Below are positions 37,801 through 48,700 of a stretch of 64,000 bases of DNA, piece by piece. Below the pieces are notes generated by a model. That model made no database searches. It saw nothing but the letters and a program-made list of their open reading frames with translations, and was not told the origin of the DNA. The DNA comes from Marsupella aquatica (taxonomy: Eukaryota; Plantae; Marchantiophyta): assembly GCA_973895155.1 (NCBI GenBank), contig OZ316895.1, positions 11,180,758 through 11,244,757 of the forward strand, written 5' to 3'. Within the stretch, counting starts at the first letter, position 1. The number at the start of each line of letters is the position of its first letter. A program made the position numbers and the translations under genes.

Positions 37801-38083
37801 GTCCCCTTACCGGTCTATTCAGTCTTGAATTAGTGGCCGGCTCCCCTTCCTGCCTTGGCTCTGGATCGTGTCTGTCCATCTCATCCACCTCTTGCTCCTG
37901 CGAGTTAGGCCGCTGTGCTCTCTCGGCTTCTAATAGGGCCTCAATTTGTTCTGCCCTCGTAATCGGCTTGTATGCCGATCCCTTGGTATTTAATTCCTTG
38001 CCGATGATCGATGGCGTTGTGGACCCCGTCGGCTCTGCCACAACGCCTACAGAAAATCCACTGTCCCTGCTACTGCTCCCCAC
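34817..38083 (-). CDS. Pol: reverse transcriptase, RNase H, integrase (uninterrupted frame)
   Basis: RVCQDYRKLN, MDGYSGYNQI, MPFGLCNAPA, FIDDF, RNYSTTEREAL, H..GGH..CDPCQ, WGIDYIG, SDRGTHF, ANGLTER, GPF. No chromodomain seen. Confidence 0.97.
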   Translation of the reverse strand: MGSSSRDSGFSVGVVAEPTGSTTPSIIGKELNTKGSAYKPITRAEQIEALLEAERAQRPNSQEQEVDEMDRHDPEPRQEGEPATNSRLNRPVRGQSMDTKEGTDSASPAEIPVYGGMRLERLEAELDPNLKKQINMIQARQYRKLDLGEGRELNLGRNLAPELEKEISDLLIEFQDVFAWSHQDLKGVDPTLGEHRIDLMLGAKSFRQPIRRMNPKYSLLVKTEIDKLVEAGFITPVLHSDWVSPIVIVPKKAGPDGKPKIRVCQDYRKLNEATLKDHFPLPFTDMVLDMVASHELYSFMDGYSGYNQIRIRQEDQIKMAFITEWGIYVFNRMPFGLCNAPAMFQRLMVNIFHDYLRKFMEIFIDDFAVFGKASKHAKYLRKTFMRCREVGLKLHPDKCFFAVTEGVLLGHKVSRKGIEIDKGKLAVWLDIMQPKNIKDVRSFLGCIGYYRRFIKDFAKLALPLTNMLKAGADFKPTPERVTAVVELKQMLVEAPVMIAPDWNKDFHVFVDVSGFCIGSVLSQLDEKGRDHPIYFASRQLADAERNYSTTEREALGVIYSCKKFRHYLLGYKVIFHTDHESLKYLVNKPDLTGRVARWILLLQEFDYELRIKPGKLHANADFFSRITGKPATDCIDDRFPDEELFVVEIAGTWYPEILQFLSTSRLQPGLSREQAAVFVRKVRQYQCIKGILHKHGINGTIQRCLEKREVKRVLRAMHGEEAGGHFAPVTTSKKILNAGYWWPTLHKDVYQFIKQCDPCQRAGGPRASTRHPLHPILPLAPFEKWGIDYIGPLKPLTHPRRNKYIILATDYATKWVEARPTTKDDAITTARFMYEQIFTRYGAPLELVSDRGTHFLNDIISRLNEQYLVKHRPTTPYHPKANGLTERTNGIIGKILNKTVAQNKLDWDDKLFAAVFAYNLAYKSTTGHTPFFLTFGQEALVPMQLEIPTFQVTIEERASAEESLKEREYRLEALEEARMISAERVEYRQNIMKQQYDKRLKVVSIHTGDLVLLYDSRYSRFPGKLYTRWLGPFRVTMMFPNGSVQLANITGEVYPVRIHYDRLKKYYMDEDEVVREDASQLSGELCDA
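34829..34842 (-). other. 3' polypurine tract
   Basis: TAAGTGGGGAGCTA immediately before the TG of the 3' LTR on the minus strand. Confidence 0.85.
38000..38059 (-). promoter_or_regulatory. Candidate -1 programmed ribosomal frameshift signal (G GAU UUU plus H-type pseudoknot)
   Basis: Heptamer at 38059-38053, 5-nt spacer, perfect 10-bp stem GGCGUUGUGG/CCACAACGCC, loop GCCGA complementary to downstream UCGGC (38004-38000). Pol is in the -1 frame. Confidence 0.75.
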
Positions 38084-40790
38084 TTAGCCGTTTCATCCAA
38101 TTGGTCTACATCCTTAACTTCCTCCGGAATTGCAGCTAAAAAGGTGGATTCTATTGTAAAGCAGTCCTCGACCTCTTCGTCTTCTTCTTCCAAGTCACCT
38201 TCCGTTGGTTCTTGCCATAATCCGCTGGGGGGTACCTCTGGTCCAAAGACACCTTCTTCGGTTAGGTTAGTGAAGCATTCTAACCAACGTACTTCATCGG
38301 CTGACTCCAGTCCACTATCGTACCCATCTACTTCCCTTATGCTTTTCCTACGGTCATCCTTAGTGTCCCAGGATACCGTGATAGAGGGGGTCCCGAAAGT
38401 GAACTGCTTTTTACCCCAATCTTCTATTACCTCGGCTAGGTACAGCCATGGCCTACCAATCAATAGCCGGAATGATGTAGGATTTACCGGCTTCATTACT
38501 ACATAGTTAATGCTAAAGAAGATACCTCCTATCTCTGTCTTGATGCCGGTTAACACTCCCGTCGGAATGACCTGATATCCATTGGCCATGTTCAACACTC
38601 TTCCAGTCATCTCCGGTGTTAGACCCCACCCTTTTGCTGTTGAATCAATCATAATACATACCCCTGATCCTCCATCGATGGGTACCCGTAGTAATAATTC
38701 TCCTTGAATCATTAATGGTAATGCTGGGGCTCCTTGATCTTCTTCTATCATTAGTACGTCGGATCTGGTTGCTACCTTGGGTAATCTCGGCTTGCCAAGA
38801 ATAGCCTTCCTTAATTGCTTCCGGAAGTACGGGCTATTTTTCAATAGTTGACCTACTGTTGCCGAGACTCTAGATTCTAGTACATCTTTAGCCAGGTCAT
38901 AGGGAACAATCGGCTTCTCTTCTGGTGGTGTTTCCGTCTTGGATTCGGCCAGTTTTGCCACGCTAGTCTCCACAGCTGTTGGGTCTTCCGAAGCAAACAA
39001 TGCTTTTGCTCGTTTTACATCCTTGGCAATGGCTTCGGTATTCTCCAGGGTTTCTAATTCTCTTAGTTGTTCCTTAACACTAGCCGTAACAGAGGGGTAG
39101 AACAACTTAGGATGATCTCGATTGAAGTCGCTATCTTGTGAAGGATTGGTTTCACTGGTGGGCTCATGGCTTACCTGTATTGCCGGAGCCCTCCCTTCTC
39201 CTTCTGTTGATGTTGACGAAGAGTCGATCCTTTCCTCCGTAACCTTCCCTTTATTTTTGGCCAGCCCATCCCACCTTTCCTTCCTTCTGGTAGATCGAGT
39301 AGAGACCCGGTAGCAATCATGATCTAAATCCTCCTCTGAGAAGGTTGATAGGGCTTCGGCCTCATCATCAGATGGTACGAACTCTGCCTCGGCATCCTCT
39401 TGCCATCCTAGTTCGATGTGGTTGATTTGAACTCCTCCGGGGGTAGTACCTGGCGGTAAGATCTTGATCGGCAAAAGCTTATGATTTGCGGCCAGGCCTG
39501 CCAACCAAGTAGGACATTGCCCTAGCATATGACCTTCTTGTCGGCATCCCATACATAGCTGAGCTGGTTGTCCATCACCCTGTTTGCGTGCATTCGGACA
39601 TTCTCTAGCAAAATGGCCAGGTTGACCACAATTATAGCACGCCGCAAATCTTTGCACATTCGGCCTAGGAGGTACTGACGGGTTCTGAATAATCCGAGGA
39701 TACATCTCTCCTGGATTGTTCCTTAACCCTGACCACAGAGATGCAGGTCTGTTGGATAGGTCTCGTGCTCCAGTCTCACTGATGCCGAAAACACTATCAG
39801 CGGCATCTCCCAAAAAGTACTCTACTTCTCCCTGACATGGTCCGATCTCGGCCACATGCCGAACATGATTAGTATTAAGCTTAGGACAAGCATCTTTATG
39901 GTGTCCGGTTTTATAACATAAGGCACACCATACAGAGCTATCCTCCTGTACTACCTTCTTCTTTGGTTTTACCTCTGCAATGATAGCCTTAAGTTGCTCG
40001 GTAAGGGCTACGATGTTATCTGGTGGCTTAGCCTCCATCTTGACTTTCGTCTTCCCTCTCCTTCTGCCCTTCCTTTTCCTAGTTTTTTCTTCTTCAGAAC
40101 TAGAAGATGACTCACTCTTGCTACTCCCACTATCCGAGCTTGACTTATCACTTCTAGACTTCTTGGAATGTTTTTCTTCTTATCTTTTTTCTTATGGGGT
40201 GATCCCTCCTCTGATGAGGAACTCTCAGACTTAAGCTGTTTCTTCCGGCTTGTGATATCTGCATTAATGTATAATTGAATATCCTTAATTGCTTCGGCTA
40301 AAGTCTCCGGGTTCTCCTTCCTAATTGCAAAACTCATCTTCTGTGGCAAAGCATTCACCAACCATTGAAGTTGCATACCTTCAGATGCATTGGTCTTTGT
40401 ACGTCTTACCAGTTTCTGAAAGCGTTGCAAGAACTTCCTGAAGGATTTGTTCTCCTTGAACCGAAGTTGTCCCAACTTCAGCACTGCTAGTTCTGAAGTT
40501 CCAATGGGTCGAAACTCCTTAACAAAGAGTGTTTTGAAGATATCCCAGATGGCTTGATCTTCCACATCTAATGCTCTGTACCAAGGCCTAGCCTCACCCT
40601 TGAACAGGCCGGGAAGAATCTGCATCTTGATGGCCGATTCTCCATTTGCTGCAGCGGTTCCCTCGAAATCATCCAACCATTCGTCCGGATCCTCATCTCC
40701 TCTCCCATGAAATGCCTTGTAATGTATGCGCGACCGCTGGCTCAATCTGGTCCCTGGCCTCTCGTCTGGCCGTGCCTCTGGTTCCCCCAT
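38047..40790 (-). CDS. Gag plus aspartic protease, one -1 frame break near 40170
   Basis: Capsid-like FHGRGDEDPDEWLDDFE..GEARPWY, three CCHC knuckles (CALCYKTGHHKDAC, CYNCGQPGHFAREC, CMGCRQEGHMLGQC), protease IDGGSG..LLIGRPWL. Confidence 0.92.
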
Positions 40791-41029
40791 GTCGGTTGGA
40801 GACTCACTTCTCCTTACCGACTCTTCTTCTGGTATGTCTTCTTCGACGCCACTTCCAGTTTCGGAGCTACCAGCTCTTTCTGCCCCTCTCAGTCGCTGTG
40901 TATCATGCCACCCGGCGAGCTGCTGCAGTCAAGCTCTCTCCCGTTGAATCACTCTTTCTTCCCTCGGCGTAAGGTCAGTCATTACCTACGCTTCCGTTCT
41001 AACTTCATATCTCACGGCTTAAGAAATGC

Positions 41030-41051
41030 CCCCTCCATCTAGCGCCAAAAA
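41030..41051 (-). other. Primer-binding-site-like sequence
   Basis: TTTTTGGCGCTAGATGGAGGGG directly after the CA end of the 5' LTR. The cognate tRNA was not determined. Confidence 0.7.
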
Positions 41052-44000
41052 TGTGGTGCTTCCCATGGCTCCCTAAACCCAAGAAACCCCCCAGCTCAAG
41101 CCGATTCCCGCAGGTTTCGTGCTTGGCGAGGCCGTTTCCGCGGCTTAGCGGCATGGGACGCTGCTAACCTTCTACTACTACTATTAACATTTTACACACA
41201 TATACTGGACAGATCCTTCATCGGGTCATGAGATACGTAGCCGGCCTACTATAGGCCTTCCCCTGTCTTCCCCTGTCTTCCCCTCCGTCTTGTTAGGTAT
41301 GTTTGGATTCCGCCGCCGGAATGATCCCCAATAGGCTTGGTTAAGCCGCTAAGACCTCTCTCAGCTCGACACATCCAACTCTCACTCCCCTGCTTACTTT
41401 CCTTCCTTCTGTTGATGTGGGCACTCTTCACACAAGTTAATGCGACACACAAATAGCAAAATGACTCATTCTGACTGAGTCATACCATGCACTTGCCATA
41501 CAAACAGTACATCTCATACACAAGTTCTGCGAACTAAGCCGTGAGGCCAACTCTATTCAGCTCTTAGGCATGAGGAAACATGAATATACACAAGGGTCAC
41601 TGTATGACTAACCGAGAGCTTCTCGTACTACTTGATCCCAGCCCGGCTGGTGCAAACTAAAAACTTGCTAAAGAAGAGGCCCTGAGCTCCCCGCTGCCCA
41701 GGTACTTATCCTGGTAGTGGATCCGCCATTCTTTGCATCGTAAGCCTAATCTACTTAACAGTAATCTACTTGCCCGAATCTACCTATGTACTGCAAGGCA
41801 GGAGCACAAGTGTTGCTCCTACCAGTGGGACCGCAATCCCACTAAGCTAAGTGTCAGGGCCGCTCCTGGTTCTGATCCTAATCCTAAACGTGGAGATCCG
41901 TGCCCGCCCTGCCCACTCACGCCTCCTCCCTCCACGTCCGCCCTCCCTAAAAGGAACGGCGCCCTTGCACCGTCACGACACCGGTGGTGGATCCTCAATG
42001 GACGCCCCCAACACTTCCTCCTCAGCCACTGCCGTTGGCCCGCCTACTGACAGATTACCTGCCCTTGACCGAGTCAACTCTCCATCGGCCTGACTGGGTC
42101 CACCTTCGGCTTCAGCCTCGACACCGGCCTCGGCAATACCCACGGCTTCGGCCTCAGCCACTCCCACGGCTTCGGCTTCAGCCACTCCCACGGCTTCGGC
42201 TTCAGCCACTCCCACGGCTTCGGCTTCCCCTTCCCCTAGGGTAGTTGGATCCTTAGCCGTGACCCTGTCTGGGGTCGGTGCTGGGTCTACCTCCTTGATC
42301 ACCACGGCCTGTGAAGTCGTATTACTCCTTGACCCTGAAGGTTTCCGCTTCTTCTTCGTTGGTGGCTCGGCAGCTGGTCCCTTCCCCTTCCCACTTACCT
42401 CCGGCACTGGTGCAGGTGGCGCGGCTTGTCCTTCGGCAATTACCACCCCTGGTAACTGGTTTGTCCCAACAGGAGATGGACCTGCTGCAGCTAAGCATTT
42501 AAATACTGCGGCTTGTTTCTTCAGCCGCTCTGTTTGGTTGTCGGCCCGCCGCTGTAGGTTCTCCATCTTCCTCATGATTTCCTCCAACTCCTCTTGGGTT
42601 TCATCCAGGTCCTTACGTGCCCCCTCCAGCTCGTTTTTGGCCTCCTCCTGCTCCCTGTGGGCTTCCTCCAATTCCTTCTTCAAGGTAGCCTTCTCCTCCT
42701 GGGTTGCTCTTAGCTCCTTGTCGAGCTCTGCAATGATGACAGACTCCATCTGGTTCATCTTGGCGTAAGTCTGTTCGAGCATCTCGTCCTTCTCCCTTAG
42801 GTCGGCCTTGAAGCTGGCCGTCAGGGACGCAAGCTCCTGCTGCAGCGCCATAATCCCTTGATAGGATTTCCCTAACTCGACCTCCTTCTGCTCAAGGGCT
42901 CCACGGATTTTCTCGAGCTCCCCTTTCAACGCCCATTCCTTTCTTTGGGTCTCCGCCATGGCCCGGCTGTTGGCTGTTATGTGGGCCTCCTCTGTATTCT
43001 TCAGCTCTTGCTTCCACTTTTCCCTTTCTTTGATCGTGTCGGCCAACTCTTCCTGCGTCTGAGTCAGTTTATCCTTGATATTCTGATTATCAGCCTGCGC
43101 GGCGTCCAACTGCCCCTGCATGATGTTCAGCTCATGTCGTTTAATCCGCAGTTCATCTTGGGCTTTCTTGGCCGCCCTTAGATCTTCAATCTCGGCTTCC
43201 ATCCTCCTAAGCCGCCGAATGACCTCGTCCTTCTTGCTTCTCTCTAAAGCCACCGCTTCTTCTAATTGGTGCTTCTCCAACTGCTCCCTATGGAAAAAGG
43301 GTCCTACCTCCAACTCCTCTCCAAAGATGCCGAGCGCAAGTTCCCCACACATCTCACCATACTCCATGGCTCTATTCTTAGCGTAGGTGGAGTAAGTAGA
43401 AGTGATCGGCATCGCCCATCGTGGCCTCTGCTCCCAAGCCGTCCTGCGGATCTCTTCAATCGTGGCTAGAGGTTTGCTTCCTTTTTCGGCTAGCCGCCTG
43501 ATGTCCTCCGGCCAATCTCCTCCTGGTAAATCCTTTTCCTTAGCCAGGGCGGCCTCTTCCTCCTGCTTGATTCGCTCCTGAAATTCCTGCACCGTCTGTT
43601 TTATGCCATCGAAGCTCGGGGGAGCAACATCTGGTGGGGGAGACTCAGGGCTACTCTGCTGGTTGGGGTCCCCTCGCACTACCCTTGGCAGTGTGGGGAC
43701 AAACCGGCCACAGGTCCTTACTCCTGGAACGTGATGGTCCGACCCATAGCCGGAATTATCATGGCTGCAGTCCTCCACTGCCTCCTCTACCTCTTGGACG
43801 TCCGGCTTCTCCCTCTCCTCTTCGTTGGTAGGAGCTTCAGGCAATTCTGCCTCAGATTCGGAGCTTGAGGTTCCCACGTACATTCGAACACCTGGCTTGG
43901 ATTCCGGCCTGATTCTCTCCTTGTCTCCAGCAAAGGGGTTTTCTCTTGTGAGCCGGTGTAGGCCTACCTCTATAGTAGTGTCCTGCATTGTTGTCGTTGC

Positions 44001-45735
44001 CGTTGTTTTTGCCGATGCCGATTTCTTTTCTTTCTCCAGTAGTTTCAGCAGACTCTGCATGCCTGGTTGCTGCATCGGCAAGTCTTCCTTCCTGGGCCTA
44101 AACACCTGCTCGATCGTAGGACTAACAGGTGGTTGAGGCTTCTCAGCCAACGGCCTCGGCGTTGGAGCTTCCTCGGGTGCCCTTACCTGCAGGGGAAGTA
44201 CCGGGGCAAAAGTCTGACCTCTGGCATACCGGCACAACAGCGGCATGTGATAGCCAAGCCGCGACACGCTCCCCATGCCGATTACCTGCTGCTCCTCCTT
44301 TAAGATCTTCTTCAATTGGTTGAGGAGGTACCCATTGTAGTCCCGGCTTGGGTCTGGCCTTTCTGCCAGATAGACCTGTGCCTTGCCGATCTCTGCCCTC
44401 GGCAAGTTACAATGCATGGTCACCCGCAAGAAGTCGATCATCTCTCCTATGTGCGGGTTGGTGCAGGTGTTCCGGAAGAAGCCATTCTTCGTTGATGGCC
44501 CGGGGAACGACCGGAACTCCTTGTCAGGCAAGGTCTTCCTGGTATCAACTTTGGTCTTATTGCCCATCGGCAAGCCAAACACTTCGGCAATCACCTTGGG
44601 AGTAAGATAGAAATCCTTCCCATATATCCTCGTGCAATTGGTCTCGGGTTCCCATGACCCCACGAATTCTAATAGGTCTGACTCCGGTACCTCCGGCTTC
44701 AGCCATGGTAATCTTACAAAGGCCTCCAAGCCGGATCCGGCCATGAAGCCTTGGTACTTCTTGGTCTGCATGGCCGTAAAGCATGCATCCTCCTCCCGTG
44801 CAAAATGTAGTTGCACCTCCACCGGTAGGGTTGCCGCCCAGCCCTTCCAGGTGTCATCCCTGGTTGGAATGGCCTTGATGGGATCGACCTCCTCCTCTTC
44901 GGCTTCTCCCTGCCTCCTGCTCTGCTGCTCGGCTGGCTTCTTTGGTGCCGCCGACCTCGTTCTTTTTGCCGGGGTGGCTTCATCGTTGACGGCTCCCTTC
45001 CTCTTCATCTCTGCTGCCGTGGAGGTCTCTCCTAGCACCGTTGCCCGGGTCCACCTTTCCGTGCTACCCTTTAATTCCCAGTGTATGTCGTTGCAGTTCT
45101 TGATGGCCTCTCGGATGCCGACGACGCTGTCTTTGCAAAACAGAAGATCGTTGAGTTGATTGGAAGTAGGCGTCCACAGGAACTCGTCCTTGATGAGTTC
45201 GCCTCCTAAGAAAGCCGTCTTCTACAGCTCCCACAATCGAGCGAGCTCCTGCCGTTCTCGAGCTGCCCTTTCTGACTCCTCGTCCTCGTAAGTCTTGATG
45301 TACTCAGTTGCCCGTTCGAACAGGCATCCCCAGAAATGTGCCGCTTGATTGACGTTGCTCATACCCTCCTTAGGTTGATCGTCGGTATCTACTCTCTCCC
45401 CGAGTGCTTGCCTAAGCAGCTGACAGTAGTTGGCCTCCCGTAGTCGTCTGCCTAGTTCGTGCTCGCAAATGAGCCACCATCTCCTGCAAGCGCTCCTTAC
45501 CCCTCTCCTCTGCCGGTCCTTCTTCCCGTTGATCCTTCCTAGCCGCCGACGCTTAACGCGCCCTAACCCTAATCGGGTTTTCACCCTCAGCCTTACCTCC
45601 GGCCTCTGCCCGGGTTCCATGGTTGCCCCTAATTGTTTATATTTTCCTTGTTTTGTCACTATACTAAGGTGTTCCTAGGGTGCCTTCCTGCTTTACCCAC
45701 TTAACCGGTCGAGTGATTCCTGTCTAGGCATCACA
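41052..45735 (-). repeat. 5' LTR (4684 bp)
   Basis: 48 bp longer than the other copies because of two extra 24-bp repeat units near 42140-42230. Confidence 0.97.
41973..45659 (-). CDS. LTR-encoded ORF, 5' LTR copy, one premature stop
   Basis: ORFs 45222-45659 and 41973-45038 are in frame, with a single CAG>TAG at 45222-45224. Confidence 0.85.
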
Positions 45736-48700
45736 CCCACATAGAGGTGAGAACCCCTCCACTAGGTGCGAGACACTATACTCATCATTGTCCAACCACT
45801 AGTTGCGACATAAACACTTTGGACACATGTTTTTGCGCTTACTTCAGGCATGATGCACCTTTGGGGAAATCACTCCCAAGTCGTATGACTTTGGAGTGAT
45901 TTGCCAAAAGTGTCACCATGTATGCATACCATCACATCCAAAGGCAAATAAAAGTTGTTTTTTGGTTCTCCAAGAGGTAGTGCTGCACCAATGGAATGGG
46001 CAGGGGAGTCGTGCTTCTCAGTATGGTGTGGGTGCGGGATTAGGGTATAGGAATATTCCAATCTTGCAAGGAATCTAAAGCTGGCTCTAGTTGGAGGTAC
46101 TAGGGCCTTTATTGGGTCATATGTGAGCAATGGCCCGTCATAAATGCCAATGACTAAAAGTAGGGTCATTAAAACTGTCATATGGAGAGTCATATCAGTC
46201 TAATGACTGGATTTGTGGTCATTTGAGGGGTCCCTTATGCAGTCATTGAAAGGAAAAGCACAAATGACCAGTTTGGGGCTAGGGGCTTGAGGTGGGCCCT
46301 AGAGTGCCATGGGGCCCCACATAGAGGTGAGAACCCCTCCACTAGGTGCGGGACACTATACTCATCATTGTCCAACCACTAGTTGCGACATAAACACTTT
46401 GGACACGTGTTTTTGCGTTTACTTGAGGCATGATGCACCTTTGGGGAAATCACTCCCAAGTCGTACGACTTTGGAGTGATTTGCCAAAAGTTCAACCATG
46501 GATGTATACCATCACATCCAAAGGCAAATAAAACATATTTTTGGTTCTCCAAGAGGTAGTGCTGCACCAATGGAATGGGCAGGGGAGTCTTGCTTCTCAG
46601 TATGGTATGGGTGCGGGATTAGGGTATAGGAATATTCCAACCTTGCAAGGAATCTAAAACTGGCTCTCTTTGGAGGTACTAGGGCCTTTATTGGGTCATA
46701 TGTGAGCAATGGCCCATCATAAATGCCAATGACTAAAAGAAGGGTCATTAAAACTGTCATATGGAGAGTCATATCAGTCAAATGACTGGATATGGGGTCA
46801 TTTTAGGGGTCCCTCATGCAGTCATTAAGGAAAAGCACAAATGACCAGTTTGGGGCTAGGGGCTTGAGGTGGGCCCTAGAGTGCCATGGGGCCCCACATA
46901 GAGGTGAGAACCACTCCACTGGGTGCAGGACACTATATTCATCATTGTCCAACCACTAGTTACGACATAAACACTTTGGACACATGTTTTTGCGTTTACT
47001 TGAGGCATGATGCACCTTTGGGGAAATCACTCCCAAGTCGTACGACTTTGGAGTGATTTGCCAAAAGTGCAACCATGGATGTATACCATCACATCCAAAG
47101 GCAAATAAAAGTTGTTTTTTGGTTCTCCAAGAGGTAGTGTTGCACCAATGGAATGGGCAGGGGAGTGGTGCTTCTCTGCATGGTGTGGGTGCGGGATTAG
47201 GGTATAGGAATATTCCAACCTTGCAAGGAATCTAAAGCTGGCTCTCTTTGGAGGTACTAGGGCCTTTATTGGGTCATATGTGAGCAATGGCCCATCATAA
47301 ATGCCAATGACTAAAAGTAGGGTCATTAAAACTGTCATATGGAGAGTCATATCAGTCAAATGACTGGATATGTGGTCATTTTAGGGGTCCCTCATGCAGT
47401 CATTAAGGAAAAGCACAAATGACCAGTTTGGGGCTAGGGGCTTGAGGTGGGCCCTAGAGTGCCATGGGGCCCCACATGGAGGTGAGAACCCCTCCACTGG
47501 GTGCGGGACACTATACTCATCATTGTCCAACCACTAGTTGCGACATAAACACTTTGGACACATGTTTTTGTGTTTACTTAAGGCACGATGCACCTTTGGG
47601 GAAATCACTTCCAAGTCATACGACTTTGGAGTGATTTGCCAAAAGTGTCACCATGGATGCATACCATCACATCCAAAGGCAAATAAAAGTTTTTTTGGGG
47701 TTCTCCAAGAGGTAGTGTTGCACCAATGGAATGGGTAGGGGAGTCGTGCTTCTCTGTAGGGTGTGGGTGCGGGTTTAGGGAAGAGGAATATTCCAACCTT
47801 GCAAGGAATCTAAAACTGGCTCTCTTTGGAGGTACTAGGGCCTTCATTGGGTCATATGTGACCAACGGACCGTCATAAATGCCAGTGACTACAAGTAGGG
47901 TCATTAAAACTGTCATATGGGCAGTCATATAAGTCTAATGACTGCAGTTGTGGTCATTTGAGGGGTCCCTTGTGCAATCATTAAGGAAAAGCACAAATGA
48001 CCAGTTTGGGGCTAGGGGCTGGAGGTGGGCCCTAGAGTGCCATGTGGCACATAGAGGTGAGAACCCCTCCACTAGGTGCGGGATATTATATTTACTATTC
48101 TTCAACCATTAGTTGCACCATAATTAATGTTGAATCATATTTTTGCATTTACCTAAGGCATGATGAAACTTTGGGGAAATCACTCCCAAGTCATACGGCT
48201 TTGGAGTGATTTGCCAAAAGTCTCACCATGTGAAATAATAGTTGTTTTCTTGTTCTCCAAGAGGTAGGGCAAAACTAGGGGAAGGTTGTTGTCCTTCTAT
48301 TTAACTGTGTCATATCTATGCCAGTGTTTGGGTGGGGAATATTCTATTCCATTGCAAAGGAAATGCGAGGGGGCACTCCAACTAGGGTCTTTATTGGGTC
48401 ATATGTGAGCAATGGCCAGTCATAAATGCCAATGACTAAAAGTAGGGTCATTAAATTTGTCATATGGACTGTCATATAAGTCAAGTGACTGGACTTGTGA
48501 TCATTTGTGTGGTCCCTCATGCAGTCATTAAACACAAGCACTAATGACCAGTTTGGGGCTAGGGGCTGGAGGTGGGCCCTAGAGTGCCATGGGGCCCCAC
48601 ATAGAGGTGAGAATCCCTCCACTGGGTGCGGGACACTATACTCATCATTGTCCAACCACTAGTTGCAACATAAGCACTTTGGACACATGTTTTTGCGTTT

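Larger units (their letters stand above)
30193..45735 (-). mobile_element. Full-length 15.5-kb Ty3/gypsy LTR retrotransposon with 4.6-kb ORF-containing LTRs
   Basis: TG..CA LTRs at 30193-34828 and 41052-45735. TSD CCCAC (30188-30192, 45736-45740). PBS-like TGGCGCTAG next to 41052, PPT next to 34828. Domain order gag-PR-RT-RH-INT. Confidence 0.97.

Noticed and set aside
40160-40195. Second programmed -1 frameshift inside gag (G AAA AAC)
   Set aside because: Non-canonical heptamer, no obvious downstream structure, and it lies before the zinc knuckles. A 1-bp loss in an A run is simpler.
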